From a virus (lineage: Duplodnaviria; Caudoviricetes), in IMG/VR virus record IMGVR_UViG_3300031418_000003: a stretch of 64,000 nt of DNA; one strand, written 5' to 3'. Position numbers and translations under genes: made by a program. The notes below the pieces were generated by a model that had not been told where the DNA came from, made no database searches, and saw only the letters and a program-made list of their open reading frames with translations. Shown here piece after piece: positions 10,542-21,126 of the stretch. Every line of letters starts with the position of its first letter. Position 1 is the first letter of the stretch.

Positions 10542-13512
10542 TAGCATGACCTTTGAAGAATTAAATAAAATCTCGAATAACCCCAGCCGTGTAATCGCTA
10601 CGATCTTTAATAACATCGAGTCGACCTTTACCGCTGAACAAGGGACACTGAACTCGGCCGATCATCCATTTGCGTTTATGGTGGATTTGGTGACCGGGAC
10701 ACAATACGGATTCATCTCCCGTCTGGGTGATGTGGATGCAGGACAGTATCGTGTTCATGCCCGTAATATCGGTGACCTGTCCAAGACCATGAGCGACGCT
10801 GATTGGTACGGTGTGTATGGTGAGCCGAGTGGAACCACAGTGCGGTTTATTATCTCTGAAGAAGCTTTGGATGAGTTAGCAATTCGCTATACTGAAACCA
10901 GTGGCACATTGGATAATACTTACCGTAAGCTGGTCATTGCTCCCGATACACAGATCACTATTGCTGGGATTCCTTTCCTGTTGGAGAACCCGGTTGAGAT
11001 TCGTGTGATGGATCACGGTGGCTACGAAGTTGTGTATGATAGTACTCGTCAGTCTAAACTGAATCCGCTGTCAACCAACACTCCCGACGTCACCTATCTG
11101 GATATCGACCGGTTACGTTATCTGGCAATCCATTTACCGATTCGTCAGTTGAAAGCAACGTTGATTCCCAACAAACCCATCAACGCCAATGCTGGCTTCC
11201 GTGAGACGATTGATTACAAAGACTCTATCTATGCGGTACGTGCGTTCCTGACACCCGATGGATCCACTACCCGCTCAGAGATGGCAGTTATTTATAACAA
11301 TCAAAACTACGATCCTAACCAACCTACATTGGTGATTGATCTTAAAACAGAAACCACCTTTGAAGCATCGGTTCCTCCGGTTTATACTCAGAACGGCATT
11401 ATTGGGTCTGCCCGTATCAATATCCTGGTCTACACTACCAAGGGTGAATTGTATCGAGATCTTTCAACGTTAACAGGTCAGTACTTCTCTTACGAGTTCT
11501 TTGACTACGCTAACGACAACGGCGCCTTGAACCAGTTTGAGAAACCGTTTGCTCGAATCAACACCGTGCTGGTTGATGCCCTGACTGCGATCACTGGTGG
11601 TCGTAATGCCATTGCCTTCCAGGACCTGAAGGACACATTGATCTACGGACACCGTCAGCGTCTGATCCCAATCAGTAACAACGACATTTCTCAGTTCCTC
11701 TTATATAACGGGTACTCTTCAGTTAAATCGATTGACTTGATTACTGACCGTTTGTACCGGGTAACGAAAGATCTGCCGATTCAGGATTCCAAACTGTATA
11801 CCGACAGCAGCGTGGCAAGCTTTAACTCTGCAATGGGTGTAAACGTAGGATCCATTCTGACAAGCCTGGATGAAATTGTGGGTTCTGGTTGGGGTATTGA
11901 CAACGGACTGCGTGTGACGTTGTTACAGCGTGCTGTATTCGATATCACGCAACAGACTCCGTATCTGGTACCGAAGATTCAGTATGAAATGCTGATGGCG
12001 TCAAGTAACCAGAACAAAATTGATACCATGGCGAAGAAGTCAATGGTGTACACGCCGTTTACTTACGTCTTTGATACTACCAAGAACCGGGCGGTAACAC
12101 GTATCTATCGCACCAACCATCCATCTATTCGTTATCAGACTTTCCGGTTTGAGAATGCGACGTTGGGGTTACAGGTTTCTGTGGGGAACATCGATATTCA
12201 GTATACCGATGAAGGGTACACAATCACCATCGTTACGTCTTCTACTGATGCGTACAAAAACCTCAGTGATGACAACGTGGGACTGCAACTGTCATTTACA
12301 CCGTCTGGTGTGACTTCTCCAATCACAATGCGGGCAGAACTAAAAGGCACGGATTCTGATAAAGAACGTCACTTCGTATTCAAGATTCCGAGTAACTTCG
12401 ATATCACCGATGCTGACTTGATTGCACTGAAAGGATTCAATCAGTTTGGTCAGCCTGTGACAGCGGGAAGCTTTGTGGACTTACAGACCACGGCTAACTT
12501 CATCTTCACCCTGAGTGGGTCAGGCGTAAAACTGACGTCGGCTTCTGATATGAAGATCGATCAGTCGCTGTTCTCCAGTACCAACATCTCGATAATTGAG
12601 ACCGAGTACGTGGTGGAGTTTGGTCGTAACCTGGGATCACTCTATACGCGTATTCGTCCGATGTTGGGTGAAGCGCAGTATGAGAAGTACGAAGCAAATG
12701 TACCGTCGATCTATGCCAACGATGAATACGAATATGAAACTGTCACTAATCCTGATGGAAGTACAATTCGTAAGCTGGTTCTTGTTGATGGTCTGCCTGT
12801 GATTAAGTACAAGGCTGGGACTCAAGTTATGACTGCTGACGGTAAACCAGTGTGGTTATTCTTGAAAGGTCAAACCAAGTACGATGATCAGGGTAATCCT
12901 GTTATGTTGGCTCCACGGAAAATGAAGTACTATTGGGACTTCGTTGGATTCGACTTCTCATACATGCTGTCTCAGGACGATTACGACAAGGCGTATATGG
13001 AAAGTACCGAAGCGTTCTTTGTGGATCAAGTTGTAGCACAGCTCGATAGTTTTAACAAGATCACACTGGATGAAACGAAGCTGGTCTTCAAACCGCGTTC
13101 AACCATGGGCTTCACGAAAACAGTTGTGAACGAAATGATTCAGCGTACTCTGAAGAACGATCTTACTTTTGCCGTGGTGTACATGTTGACTCAGAACGGT
13201 ATGCGCAATCAGAATCTCAAAGATAACCTGAACACGTCTACCCACACTCTGATCAACACGACATTGTTGAAAGATACCGTCTCTCACAGTGATATCGTCA
13301 GTATCCTGAAAACCAATGGTGGATCAGAAGTCATTGACGTTCATCTTACTGTGATGGCCGGTGATTACGAAGTGGATGCAATCACTAACGTTGACACGAC
13401 CAATGGATTCAGTGTGTCGAAGAACATTGAGCAGACTGCCGATAAATTCCTGACTATTAAGGAAGCGGTGGAAATTCAGTTCAAACGCCATTTGCCAGAC
13501 TCTATCCTGTAA
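10534..13512 (+). CDS. Large virion structural protein, probable baseplate wedge (phiKZ gp87-like)
   Basis: 992-aa beta-rich ORF on the opposite strand to the head cluster, as remembered for phiKZ-like phages. Confidence 0.55.
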   Translation: MSSSMTFEELNKISNNPSRVIATIFNNIESTFTAEQGTLNSADHPFAFMVDLVTGTQYGFISRLGDVDAGQYRVHARNIGDLSKTMSDADWYGVYGEPSGTTVRFIISEEALDELAIRYTETSGTLDNTYRKLVIAPDTQITIAGIPFLLENPVEIRVMDHGGYEVVYDSTRQSKLNPLSTNTPDVTYLDIDRLRYLAIHLPIRQLKATLIPNKPINANAGFRETIDYKDSIYAVRAFLTPDGSTTRSEMAVIYNNQNYDPNQPTLVIDLKTETTFEASVPPVYTQNGIIGSARINILVYTTKGELYRDLSTLTGQYFSYEFFDYANDNGALNQFEKPFARINTVLVDALTAITGGRNAIAFQDLKDTLIYGHRQRLIPISNNDISQFLLYNGYSSVKSIDLITDRLYRVTKDLPIQDSKLYTDSSVASFNSAMGVNVGSILTSLDEIVGSGWGIDNGLRVTLLQRAVFDITQQTPYLVPKIQYEMLMASSNQNKIDTMAKKSMVYTPFTYVFDTTKNRAVTRIYRTNHPSIRYQTFRFENATLGLQVSVGNIDIQYTDEGYTITIVTSSTDAYKNLSDDNVGLQLSFTPSGVTSPITMRAELKGTDSDKERHFVFKIPSNFDITDADLIALKGFNQFGQPVTAGSFVDLQTTANFIFTLSGSGVKLTSASDMKIDQSLFSSTNISIIETEYVVEFGRNLGSLYTRIRPMLGEAQYEKYEANVPSIYANDEYEYETVTNPDGSTIRKLVLVDGLPVIKYKAGTQVMTADGKPVWLFLKGQTKYDDQGNPVMLAPRKMKYYWDFVGFDFSYMLSQDDYDKAYMESTEAFFVDQVVAQLDSFNKITLDETKLVFKPRSTMGFTKTVVNEMIQRTLKNDLTFAVVYMLTQNGMRNQNLKDNLNTSTHTLINTTLLKDTVSHSDIVSILKTNGGSEVIDVHLTVMAGDYEVDAITNVDTTNGFSVSKNIEQTADKFLTIKEAVEIQFKRHLPDSIL

Positions 13513-13517
13513 GCATG

Positions 13518-13560
13518 CATAACCCTCTACCCCTCCGAAAGGAAGGGTAGAGGAATTATG
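13518..13560. terminator. Bidirectional hairpin between convergent genes
   Basis: cataa-ccctctacccctcc-gaaa-ggaagggtagagg-aattatg. Confidence 0.8.
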
Positions 13561-13565
13561 TTTGT

Positions 13566-14219
13566 TTAGAACTCGGTGAACGTATCGAGATATTCAACAA
13601 AAGACTTCAGTGAAGCAAGATTTTCATCGTTGTCCAGATGGTTGTAATCGTAAATGTGAGAAGACCATTTCATGATCATTTCATCATTATCGATTTTACC
13701 TACCAGAGTCGGAAGATCAGTTGTCAGGTAATCGATCCACTCATACGGCTCAACTTCGCACCACTGTTCGGTCTTGATAGAAACAGGAAGCTTGGTATGG
13801 AACACTGTCATCAGACGAGCCACTGCACGACGCAGATAAACCTGGCGCTCTACTTTATCAAGCAGTGTTGTTTCATCTAAACGACGTGAGGTGTCCAGAA
13901 TGTATTCTGAAATAAGTTTCAACAGGGACAGTCGACCTTGTTTCAGTGCTTCGCCGTAACCTACAGTGATGGGATGGTTCTCAATAAAATGACGAGTATC
14001 GTAAGCGTTACTCATTGTCTTACTGGCAACCAGTCGAATCGCTAATTGATCACGCCCTTCAATCTGAGGAAGGTTAAACACTTCCCCAATGAATTCCAGG
14101 CAACCTTTCTTACAACGTGGTTCGTTTGTGAATGTCATCAGATATTCAAAGAACTTGTTGTATTTGGTTTGATCAATGTACAGGCGATCCAACACCGCAA
14201 AGATTTCTTCTTTTTGCAT
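13566..14219 (-). CDS. Hypothetical/virion protein
   Basis: 217-aa ORF in the co-oriented structural run. Confidence 0.7.
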   Translation of the reverse strand: MQKEEIFAVLDRLYIDQTKYNKFFEYLMTFTNEPRCKKGCLEFIGEVFNLPQIEGRDQLAIRLVASKTMSNAYDTRHFIENHPITVGYGEALKQGRLSLLKLISEYILDTSRRLDETTLLDKVERQVYLRRAVARLMTVFHTKLPVSIKTEQWCEVEPYEWIDYLTTDLPTLVGKIDNDEMIMKWSSHIYDYNHLDNDENLASLKSFVEYLDTFTEF

Positions 14220-14224
14220 GTCAG

Positions 14225-15799
14225 TTAAATCCTGCTTTGAACACCCAATGATTTCAAGCCACCATTGATGCGTTCGATGATTTTAAAGTTCTTACGCAGG
14301 TCGCCAGTTTTAGCGCGGTAAGTATGAAGAGCAGTACCGATGTACGGGTGCTTCGCTAAGAACAATTCATCATAGCTGATGTTAGAGGTCGTATCGACAC
14401 GTTGACCTTTGTCATTGTACACCGCCGCGATCTTGTTACCGTTTTCATTCAGTAACTCTTCTTCGGTGTTGATGATGGTCTGAATATCTTTGGTCAGATA
14501 CGTCAGTAACAGCTTGTCAACGTTGGTTGACCACTTGACAATGTTAGCGATGCTACGGCGGATGTTCCCGCTGATGGTGATCAGCTGGTTCAGTGACCAG
14601 GTGTACTCGTTAATGGTCGAGCAGTAAGAGGTATATGACATTTTCAGAATAGCGGCTTTGTCAAATACATTATCGATCGATTCAATCAACTCGGCATCTT
14701 TCACTTCGATCACATCTTTCAGGAAGTTCAGCGTTGCGGCATCAAAAGGATGTGCCGCTTTCAGCATGATCTTGCCCATGCGTTCGGATACTTTCTTAAC
14801 GCGTTCAAACTCATCCGCACTCACCCGCACAGGGATCGTTTTATCCAACACATCTTTATGTGAGGACAGGGTTTGTTTGAATGCCTTGTCAGCACCAATT
14901 GAGCCCAGATCAATATCGTACGCTTCATCAATCAACTTCGACAGTTCTTTACGAATCGGCGTCGGGTTGAGTTTAACTGCTACTTCTTCATCAAGCATTG
15001 CACGAAACTCAAGAACGTCAGCATTGCTGAATGTCTCTTGGTCCGCCCATGCAGCACGAAGCTTGGCAACAGCCTGCTGATAACGACCACGAGATTGTCG
15101 TGCATCAGTACCGGCATTCTTGATGATTGCGTCAATACCATCCAAACGCGTCTGCAGACTGGCGAGTGTATCCAACTGGTCAATGACTTTCTTATTGCGG
15201 TTATAGACAATAGAGAAAGCATCGCGTTGTGTCAGATCACCCGGTAACGCTTCGTAGAACTCAGCAACGTTCAGGTCAACTTTATCCGCCCCAATTAATG
15301 AAGAGAGTAAAGCAACCAGTGACTTCTTAACGTCATCGCTGTGTTCGGCCACAATGGCCAGCTCTTTCTCGGTCTTTTCAAAACCCAGTAGAGTACGGAT
15401 ACGTAACACAATCCAATCAATTACCGCTAACAAGAATTTCTTTGCCGCTTTGATAATGGCAATAAAGCCTTGCTTCAACGTAGACAGGAACGACTCGCCA
15501 CCACGAACTGCATTCATGCGATCGTAATTCGGGATCATTCCTTCGCAACCGGAGATCATCAACACAGTGAACGCAGAAGGATGCAGGCGCTTATTGTTCA
15601 GATACTCACGACAGTTCGCCGCCAGGACATTTAATGATTCCTGACCAGTCACTTCATACGTTTCATCCAGAGAGATGTATTCCTGACCCTCTTTGCCTTT
15701 TACCACTGACACTTTATCAGTAGGGCTATGAGGACTGAGCTGAATAACAGTACTCAGATCAACGGAATCGTCATCAGTCGTTTTATTTTCTTCAGACAT
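14225..15799 (-). CDS. Internal head protein paralog (large)
   Basis: 524 aa; TGQE-S, SGCE-G and RGGE-SFLSTLKQGF sites followed by the family amphipathic helix. Confidence 0.6.
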   Translation of the reverse strand: MSEENKTTDDDSVDLSTVIQLSPHSPTDKVSVVKGKEGQEYISLDETYEVTGQESLNVLAANCREYLNNKRLHPSAFTVLMISGCEGMIPNYDRMNAVRGGESFLSTLKQGFIAIIKAAKKFLLAVIDWIVLRIRTLLGFEKTEKELAIVAEHSDDVKKSLVALLSSLIGADKVDLNVAEFYEALPGDLTQRDAFSIVYNRNKKVIDQLDTLASLQTRLDGIDAIIKNAGTDARQSRGRYQQAVAKLRAAWADQETFSNADVLEFRAMLDEEVAVKLNPTPIRKELSKLIDEAYDIDLGSIGADKAFKQTLSSHKDVLDKTIPVRVSADEFERVKKVSERMGKIMLKAAHPFDAATLNFLKDVIEVKDAELIESIDNVFDKAAILKMSYTSYCSTINEYTWSLNQLITISGNIRRSIANIVKWSTNVDKLLLTYLTKDIQTIINTEEELLNENGNKIAAVYNDKGQRVDTTSNISYDELFLAKHPYIGTALHTYRAKTGDLRKNFKIIERINGGLKSLGVQSRI

Positions 15800-15811
15800 G
15801 ATGACCTCTTA

Positions 15812-16246
15812 TTAAGCAATGGCGTCAGTATTGGTGAACTGAGGAAGCTTATGACGTGCTTCATCGATCAGCGTTTGAACCAGGGCGCCGTAGCTGTCCA
15901 GATCGACATACTTCACGTCACCGGCTGCTTCAACCGTTGGGGTGATCTTCAGGATAACAACGTCACCGGTAATGGTCTCGTTGAAGACCTTTTTCAGGTT
16001 ACGATAGACATCGCCCAGCTGAGCCAGAATCAAATTACCTTTATTGGGGGTAACATCATTCCAGTAAGCCAGAATCCAGCGAGCAAAAGCAAAGCGAGTT
16101 TCTTCGCTCATGTCAACAGCACCGGTAACGTTCAGCAGAGCTTTGGTATAAGCAGTTTGCACGATGTTGATCTGGACTTCTGGGTTAAGTACACCCAGGC
16201 CCAGCAGATCTTGCTTAAGTTTTACAATGTGAGCTAAATGACTCAT
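15812..16246 (-). CDS. Hypothetical/virion protein
   Basis: 144-aa ORF, co-oriented, short spacers. Confidence 0.7.
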   Translation of the reverse strand: MSHLAHIVKLKQDLLGLGVLNPEVQINIVQTAYTKALLNVTGAVDMSEETRFAFARWILAYWNDVTPNKGNLILAQLGDVYRNLKKVFNETITGDVVILKITPTVEAAGDVKYVDLDSYGALVQTLIDEARHKLPQFTNTDAIA

Positions 16247-16255
16247 GACACGTCC

Positions 16256-17581
16256 TTAAATGGCATCTTTATAAAGTGATAAGGTATGACCGACTAACTC
16301 ATCGGTGTAATGTTCAAATTCTTGCGCCCGGAAATCATTACCATTGAAGATATAACCTACGGTACGCTGTACCCAGGTTCCTTCGAGGAAAGGTTTGGTA
16401 TCATCAACGATCTTTTCCATCTCTTTTGCGTCTTTCAGCATCTGAGCTTTGGCTTTGGGATCAATCTCTTTGTGGCTGTTAATTTCAACAACAAAGTCAC
16501 GAAGGATTGTTTTCACACGGCGATACTGGCTGTCATAGCTACCATTTCCATTCAAGAAACCGTTCAGATGACACAGGAACATGAAGATGCTGTTTACGCC
16601 GGCCAGGGTAGCGACGACAGGAGCGAAGGCAGCCGCAGCAGTGATACATAATGCCAATGACTGCAGTGACATGATTGCGCTGGCCTGACTGATAGGTAAT
16701 GAAGCAAGTGCCGCAATCATTGATTTCGGGCAACCCATACGGGCAGCATAGAGATCAGCATAGATCTCCGAGGAGCGCTCTTGCGTTCCCAGTGATAACG
16801 TACGGCGTATATCACGTGTTCCGGTGGCCTTGTTAAAATAGACCACAAACTCATTACCGGTAAAATCAGCAATAGCGTCTTCATCCACTTTCTGACCAAC
16901 TTCCAGTAACTTGAATGCTTCCTTAACCACTTCCACACGTTCTTTACCGTATAGTTTACCTTCAACAATCATTTTGATTGCGGAGGTAGATACGATCGGA
17001 TCGACAACCGTACGGTACACATAGAGGAAGCCTGTGAAGATATGACCACACTCATGAGTAATAATGCCAGCCAATGCCTCGGCCATGGTGACTTTGGCAC
17101 GCTCTAACACTTTGCGCTTCATGAAGGCATTCAGGTAGTCATTCAGGTACAGTGTAAATTTGATTTTACTAAAATCACCACCAACACGACCGGTCGATGT
17201 ATCAACCCAACCTTTTAATACATCAGTTTTAAGACGTTTGAAAGTCTGACCGATACTGGAATCTTTGGCTGCAAAGAACTGTTCAACATTGCGGATGTTC
17301 AGCACATTACCGGGATTAATGTACCCAGCGTCAACACCAGCATTGGGAGTATGCTCAGGACTTAGCTCCATAAGAATACCGGTATGTTGCATGATCAATA
17401 CTTCAAGCCCTTCTGGACCGTCTGAAGCGCGGTTAAAGAAGTACTGATTTCCTTCCTGAACAATCGAGTTTTCAAGTAACTTCGTGAGATCTTTAAACAG
17501 ATCTCCTTTTTGGTAATCCATGAACTCTTGACCGTCGAACCGGAGTTCTTTTGATCTGTTCAGGAATTCAATACCGAGCAT
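16256..17581 (-). CDS. Putative zinc metallopeptidase-fold protein (HExxH) with hydrophobic segment
   Basis: IITHECGHIF plus downstream EIYADLYAARMG; hydrophobic stretch LCITAAAAFAPVVATLAGVNSIFMFLC. Confidence 0.55.
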   Translation of the reverse strand: MLGIEFLNRSKELRFDGQEFMDYQKGDLFKDLTKLLENSIVQEGNQYFFNRASDGPEGLEVLIMQHTGILMELSPEHTPNAGVDAGYINPGNVLNIRNVEQFFAAKDSSIGQTFKRLKTDVLKGWVDTSTGRVGGDFSKIKFTLYLNDYLNAFMKRKVLERAKVTMAEALAGIITHECGHIFTGFLYVYRTVVDPIVSTSAIKMIVEGKLYGKERVEVVKEAFKLLEVGQKVDEDAIADFTGNEFVVYFNKATGTRDIRRTLSLGTQERSSEIYADLYAARMGCPKSMIAALASLPISQASAIMSLQSLALCITAAAAFAPVVATLAGVNSIFMFLCHLNGFLNGNGSYDSQYRRVKTILRDFVVEINSHKEIDPKAKAQMLKDAKEMEKIVDDTKPFLEGTWVQRTVGYIFNGNDFRAQEFEHYTDELVGHTLSLYKDAI

Positions 17582-17666
17582 AGGGTAGTACTCCGGAGTA
17601 AATAAATAGGGCGGGTCAAATTATGTAGAAAATTTAACTCATGACGTCATAACATTCGGGTATAAC

Positions 17667-19430
17667 ATGACTGATAAAAACGAAAGTCCTATTGTTGGAC
17701 GTGTGTGTAAGCATGCTTATCTGTCTTACAACAAAGCCAATCGAGATAACGATCTCTTGGTGGCAAAGATTACCAATGTTCATGAGGATGGAAGTCGTAC
17801 TCATAAACTAGCACAGATTGAAAACTTTAAACGTGATTTCTACATTGTTAAAAAGAAACACCAGGGATTCAAAGATAAACGTGATTACATTGAAACCAAT
17901 AAATGTGACAAGTTCTCCTCCAATGAATCGCGTCTTGCATTAAACATCAGTAAGATCTTGTTTGGTCGTCCTGATCGTAATGCACAGTTGTATGACTTGA
18001 AGAACAACCCCTATGTGTTTGGTTGTCAGGAAACCGTTCCGGTTGTATATAAGGAACGGTACTATAAGAAGTATCCCGACTATCAACCACAAGAAGCATT
18101 TGGGGTAGCCGCATACGACGTCGAAACCTACATCCTTGAAGACGGTGGCGTGGGCCCTGTTAACATGGCATCTACCACTCATGGTTCCCATGCGTTCTGG
18201 GCAGGTATTCGTTCTTATTTCCCAATCGAAGATCAGAAAGACGATAATATCATTCTGCGTAAGTTAAATGAGTGTGCGGCGAAACACCTGGCTGACTACA
18301 TGAAACTTCACAATGTCGAGAAGATCGATTGGAACCTCGTCAATACCCCTGGGCAGGTTGTTTATGAGAATATCCAGTATTGGCATCGTTGTGGGATGGA
18401 TTTCATTGTTAGTTGGAACGCAAACTTTGATATGGAACGAAACCAAGAAGCACTGATGAACGAAGGGTATGATCTGGCGGCAACTTATAGTGACCCGTCT
18501 ATTCCTCAAGTCTATCAGGATTACTTCTACTTCCCTGGTCGTCAGTTCAAAACCAAGGTTGATGGCTCACAGTCTCCGTTGGAACCACAGGAACGTTTCC
18601 CGGTTGTGCAAGCACCTGCTAACTGGCAGTGGTTTGATGGGATGTCTTTCTATGCAATTAAACGTGCCCCCGGTGGTAAGAAAGAATCTTACTCGTTACA
18701 GAACACGGCTATTGCAGAAGGGGTAGAAGGTAAGCTCTATATTCCAGAGGCCGACCATCTGCAAGCAGGTTCAGCAGAGTGGCATAAATTCATGGTGAAG
18801 AATTATCCTTATGAATATGTCATGTATAACATCCGAGATAACTGGGTTATCGAAGACCTGAACCGTAAAACAAATGACTACTCTCTGTCGTTACCTTCTC
18901 TGGTCACGTCGTCTGAACTGAAGTCGTATCAATCACAACCTTCTATGATCTCTGACAAACTGTCGTTCATTGCGTTAGAGCACGGTTATGTTTGGGGGAC
19001 GGTGGGGCGTAAGAAAGAGGATGTCTGGAAAGAGATCAAACCTGACTTACGTGATTGGATCGCTCTGCTGCACGCTGAGCTGAATGAAGATAAAGGTAAG
19101 GCAATCTATGCTGGTCTTCCTTCATGGCGTTCACGTGGTCGTGGAGACACAGATGATATCGATGTAACGGGCGCCTATCCTCACATCACTGTTTCACTGA
19201 ACGTGTCTAACAAAACTACCAAAGTGGAAGTGTGTGAAGTAGAAGGATTGGATCGTATTGAATTCCGTCGTTTAGGGGTGAACTACGCATCAAGTCCAAT
19301 TGCTAACGCGGTGACACTGTGTAACACTATCTACGGTATGCCGCAGTTAACCGAGATCAACTCTTTCTACGAAGAGTCTGTGGTGCCGTTTATTAAAGAA
19401 GCAAAAGCAGATCTGAAGAAAGCTGCGTAA
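17667..19430 (+). CDS. Split family-B DNA polymerase, N-terminal part (3'-5' exonuclease plus motif A); phiKZ gp82-like
   Basis: ExoI YDVETY, ExoII WNANFD, ExoIII YNIRD; C-terminal DIDVTGAYP resembles polB motif A. Confidence 0.8.
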   Translation: MTDKNESPIVGRVCKHAYLSYNKANRDNDLLVAKITNVHEDGSRTHKLAQIENFKRDFYIVKKKHQGFKDKRDYIETNKCDKFSSNESRLALNISKILFGRPDRNAQLYDLKNNPYVFGCQETVPVVYKERYYKKYPDYQPQEAFGVAAYDVETYILEDGGVGPVNMASTTHGSHAFWAGIRSYFPIEDQKDDNIILRKLNECAAKHLADYMKLHNVEKIDWNLVNTPGQVVYENIQYWHRCGMDFIVSWNANFDMERNQEALMNEGYDLAATYSDPSIPQVYQDYFYFPGRQFKTKVDGSQSPLEPQERFPVVQAPANWQWFDGMSFYAIKRAPGGKKESYSLQNTAIAEGVEGKLYIPEADHLQAGSAEWHKFMVKNYPYEYVMYNIRDNWVIEDLNRKTNDYSLSLPSLVTSSELKSYQSQPSMISDKLSFIALEHGYVWGTVGRKKEDVWKEIKPDLRDWIALLHAELNEDKGKAIYAGLPSWRSRGRGDTDDIDVTGAYPHITVSLNVSNKTTKVEVCEVEGLDRIEFRRLGVNYASSPIANAVTLCNTIYGMPQLTEINSFYEESVVPFIKEAKADLKKAA

Positions 19431-19436
19431 GCATAA

Positions 19437-19464
19437 CTCCTACTCACCCCAGGGTGAGTAGGAG
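19437..19464. terminator. Bidirectional hairpin between convergent genes
   Basis: Perfect 13-bp stem ctcctactcaccc / gggtgagtaggag. Confidence 0.8.
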
Positions 19465-19470
19465 AGTATG

Positions 19471-20160
19471 TTATTTGGCGGCGTCGTCGACTTTATAGTT
19501 ATAGACCTGAACAATGGCGTTGGTCAGTGCTTGTGCTTTTTCTGCCCAGGCTTTGTACGCTTTCACGGCTTTCTCATAAGGGGCGTGCGATTCACCTGAT
19601 TTACGAGGTAGTGCCTTGGCGCAGTGGCTTTCAAAATCACTGCTGACTTTGGTGACCGCATCCAGTAAGGCGTTCATCCCGGCCATGACGTCCATTGGGG
19701 ATTTACCTTCAGCCATCGAGGCGATCGCTTTGTCAGCCTTGTCCGCAAACCCTTCTGCCTTAACACCCTCAGGCAGTGAACCGACAGCTGATTTCAGTGC
19801 TTCAATTTTTGGGGTACAGGTTGAGCGAAGTTTTTCACGCATGGCTTTCTTTTGCTCATCGTCACCGCTTTTGAAAATAGACGCCAATTTACCCTTGGTG
19901 GTGCGGAAGATATCGGCAAACCATTTCTTGATGGCTTCGTATAACTTTTTGATGAACTCACCAGTCTTCTGGGCACCGGCCTTCACGCTGTCAAGGAAAC
20001 CTTCTTGCCCCACATGAGCACCAAAATCGGGATTGTCCTGAGCATGGAGCTTAAGTACTGCAAACGCATAGCGTGCTTCTGGTGCGGTACGATTACCGCT
20101 ATTAATGGCTTCACAACCCGATACGATTTCTGCAAAGTGTTCTACATCTGAAAAGCTCAT
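19471..20160 (-). CDS. Small internal-head-family paralog
   Basis: SGCE-A and VGQE-GFLDSVK sites followed by FIKKLYEAIKKWFADIF helix. Confidence 0.6.
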   Translation of the reverse strand: MSFSDVEHFAEIVSGCEAINSGNRTAPEARYAFAVLKLHAQDNPDFGAHVGQEGFLDSVKAGAQKTGEFIKKLYEAIKKWFADIFRTTKGKLASIFKSGDDEQKKAMREKLRSTCTPKIEALKSAVGSLPEGVKAEGFADKADKAIASMAEGKSPMDVMAGMNALLDAVTKVSSDFESHCAKALPRKSGESHAPYEKAVKAYKAWAEKAQALTNAIVQVYNYKVDDAAK

Positions 20161-20210
20161 GGGACGTTCCTTGAAGGTAAGAAGAAGAAAAAAAGAATGT
20201 TACAAAATAT

Positions 20211-20240
20211 CCTACTCTATCCCGTGAAGGATAGAGTAGG
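20211..20240 (-). terminator. Hairpin terminator
   Basis: cctactctatcc-cgtgaa-ggatagagtagg, with an A-run to the left. Confidence 0.75.
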
Positions 20241-20254
20241 GAATAGATCGTTGA

Positions 20255-20791
20255 TTAGCGATACACGTAGGTATGCAGGTTAGTGCGCGCCTGACCGTTG
20301 AACATGGCTTCGAACTTGGTCATGTCAAACATTGTGGTGAACTGATTACGGTTACGCGCGTATTCAGACAACAGGGTCACAAACATCATGAAACGTTTGT
20401 AACGAGTCAGTTCAGTCGAGTTGACTGTACCTTCCAACACAGCGAGTGGAGAAATGATCTTGTCCCAGGCAAATTCGTTGGGATTTTGCTTGACGGTAAC
20501 CAGAAAATAATCCATCACTTCTTTCATGTTTGAGTAATCCATTTTCAGGAAATTCCAAACACTTTCCAGGAATGACTTCTGGATTTTCTGGCGTTCTTCC
20601 AGACTTCCACCGCCAATTTCCCCTCTCAGGAACTTGGTGAACTCATCAATACCATTCTGGTAGATGTGGACAGGAGAAGTTACCTGGCGTGTTTCTTGTG
20701 CCTGGGTATTCTGCTGATCGGTCTCAGCTTGGGTATCTACCGTGTTGTTACGGCGTTCAATCTTTGGAGGGTTGAAGTTGTCACCCATCAT
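20255..20791 (-). CDS. Conserved hypothetical protein
   Basis: 178-aa ORF coupled to the upstream gene. Confidence 0.7.
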   Translation of the reverse strand: MMGDNFNPPKIERRNNTVDTQAETDQQNTQAQETRQVTSPVHIYQNGIDEFTKFLRGEIGGGSLEERQKIQKSFLESVWNFLKMDYSNMKEVMDYFLVTVKQNPNEFAWDKIISPLAVLEGTVNSTELTRYKRFMMFVTLLSEYARNRNQFTTMFDMTKFEAMFNGQARTNLHTYVYR

Positions 20792-21126
20792 TATTTTCCT
20801 CTTTGTGCAGCGGCGATTGCGGCTACTTCGTTTTTATCCAAGCCGGTGTCCCTGGCGGCGTCGGCAGCTGCTTTATCGGCAGACTTCTTCTTAAGAAGAG
20901 CCAACTCCTCAGCACCCCGACCGTTACCTTCCAAAAGATCGTCAAGGAGGTCAATCGGGATCTCAAGATAATCTTTAAATGGAAGGAACCTGCTGTATTC
21001 CCGTAACCCGAAGGTGTGCCCAACGTTCTTTGCAGACCAGAGATGGAATAGATCCCTTCGCTGATGATTGTAGCGGATTTGGGCGTTATCTGATTCAGAT
21101 ACATGAACCCATCCCCGCATAATCAT
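20791..21126 (-). CDS. Hypothetical protein
   Basis: 111-aa ORF whose stop overlaps the next start; GGAG RBS. Confidence 0.65.
   Translation of the reverse strand: MIMRGWVHVSESDNAQIRYNHQRRDLFHLWSAKNVGHTFGLREYSRFLPFKDYLEIPIDLLDDLLEGNGRGAEELALLKKKSADKAAADAARDTGLDKNEVAAIAAAQRGK

Noticed and set aside
17641-17650. Palindrome atgacgtcat in a divergent promoter gap
   Set aside because: Single short occurrence, expected by chance; no second copy noticed.
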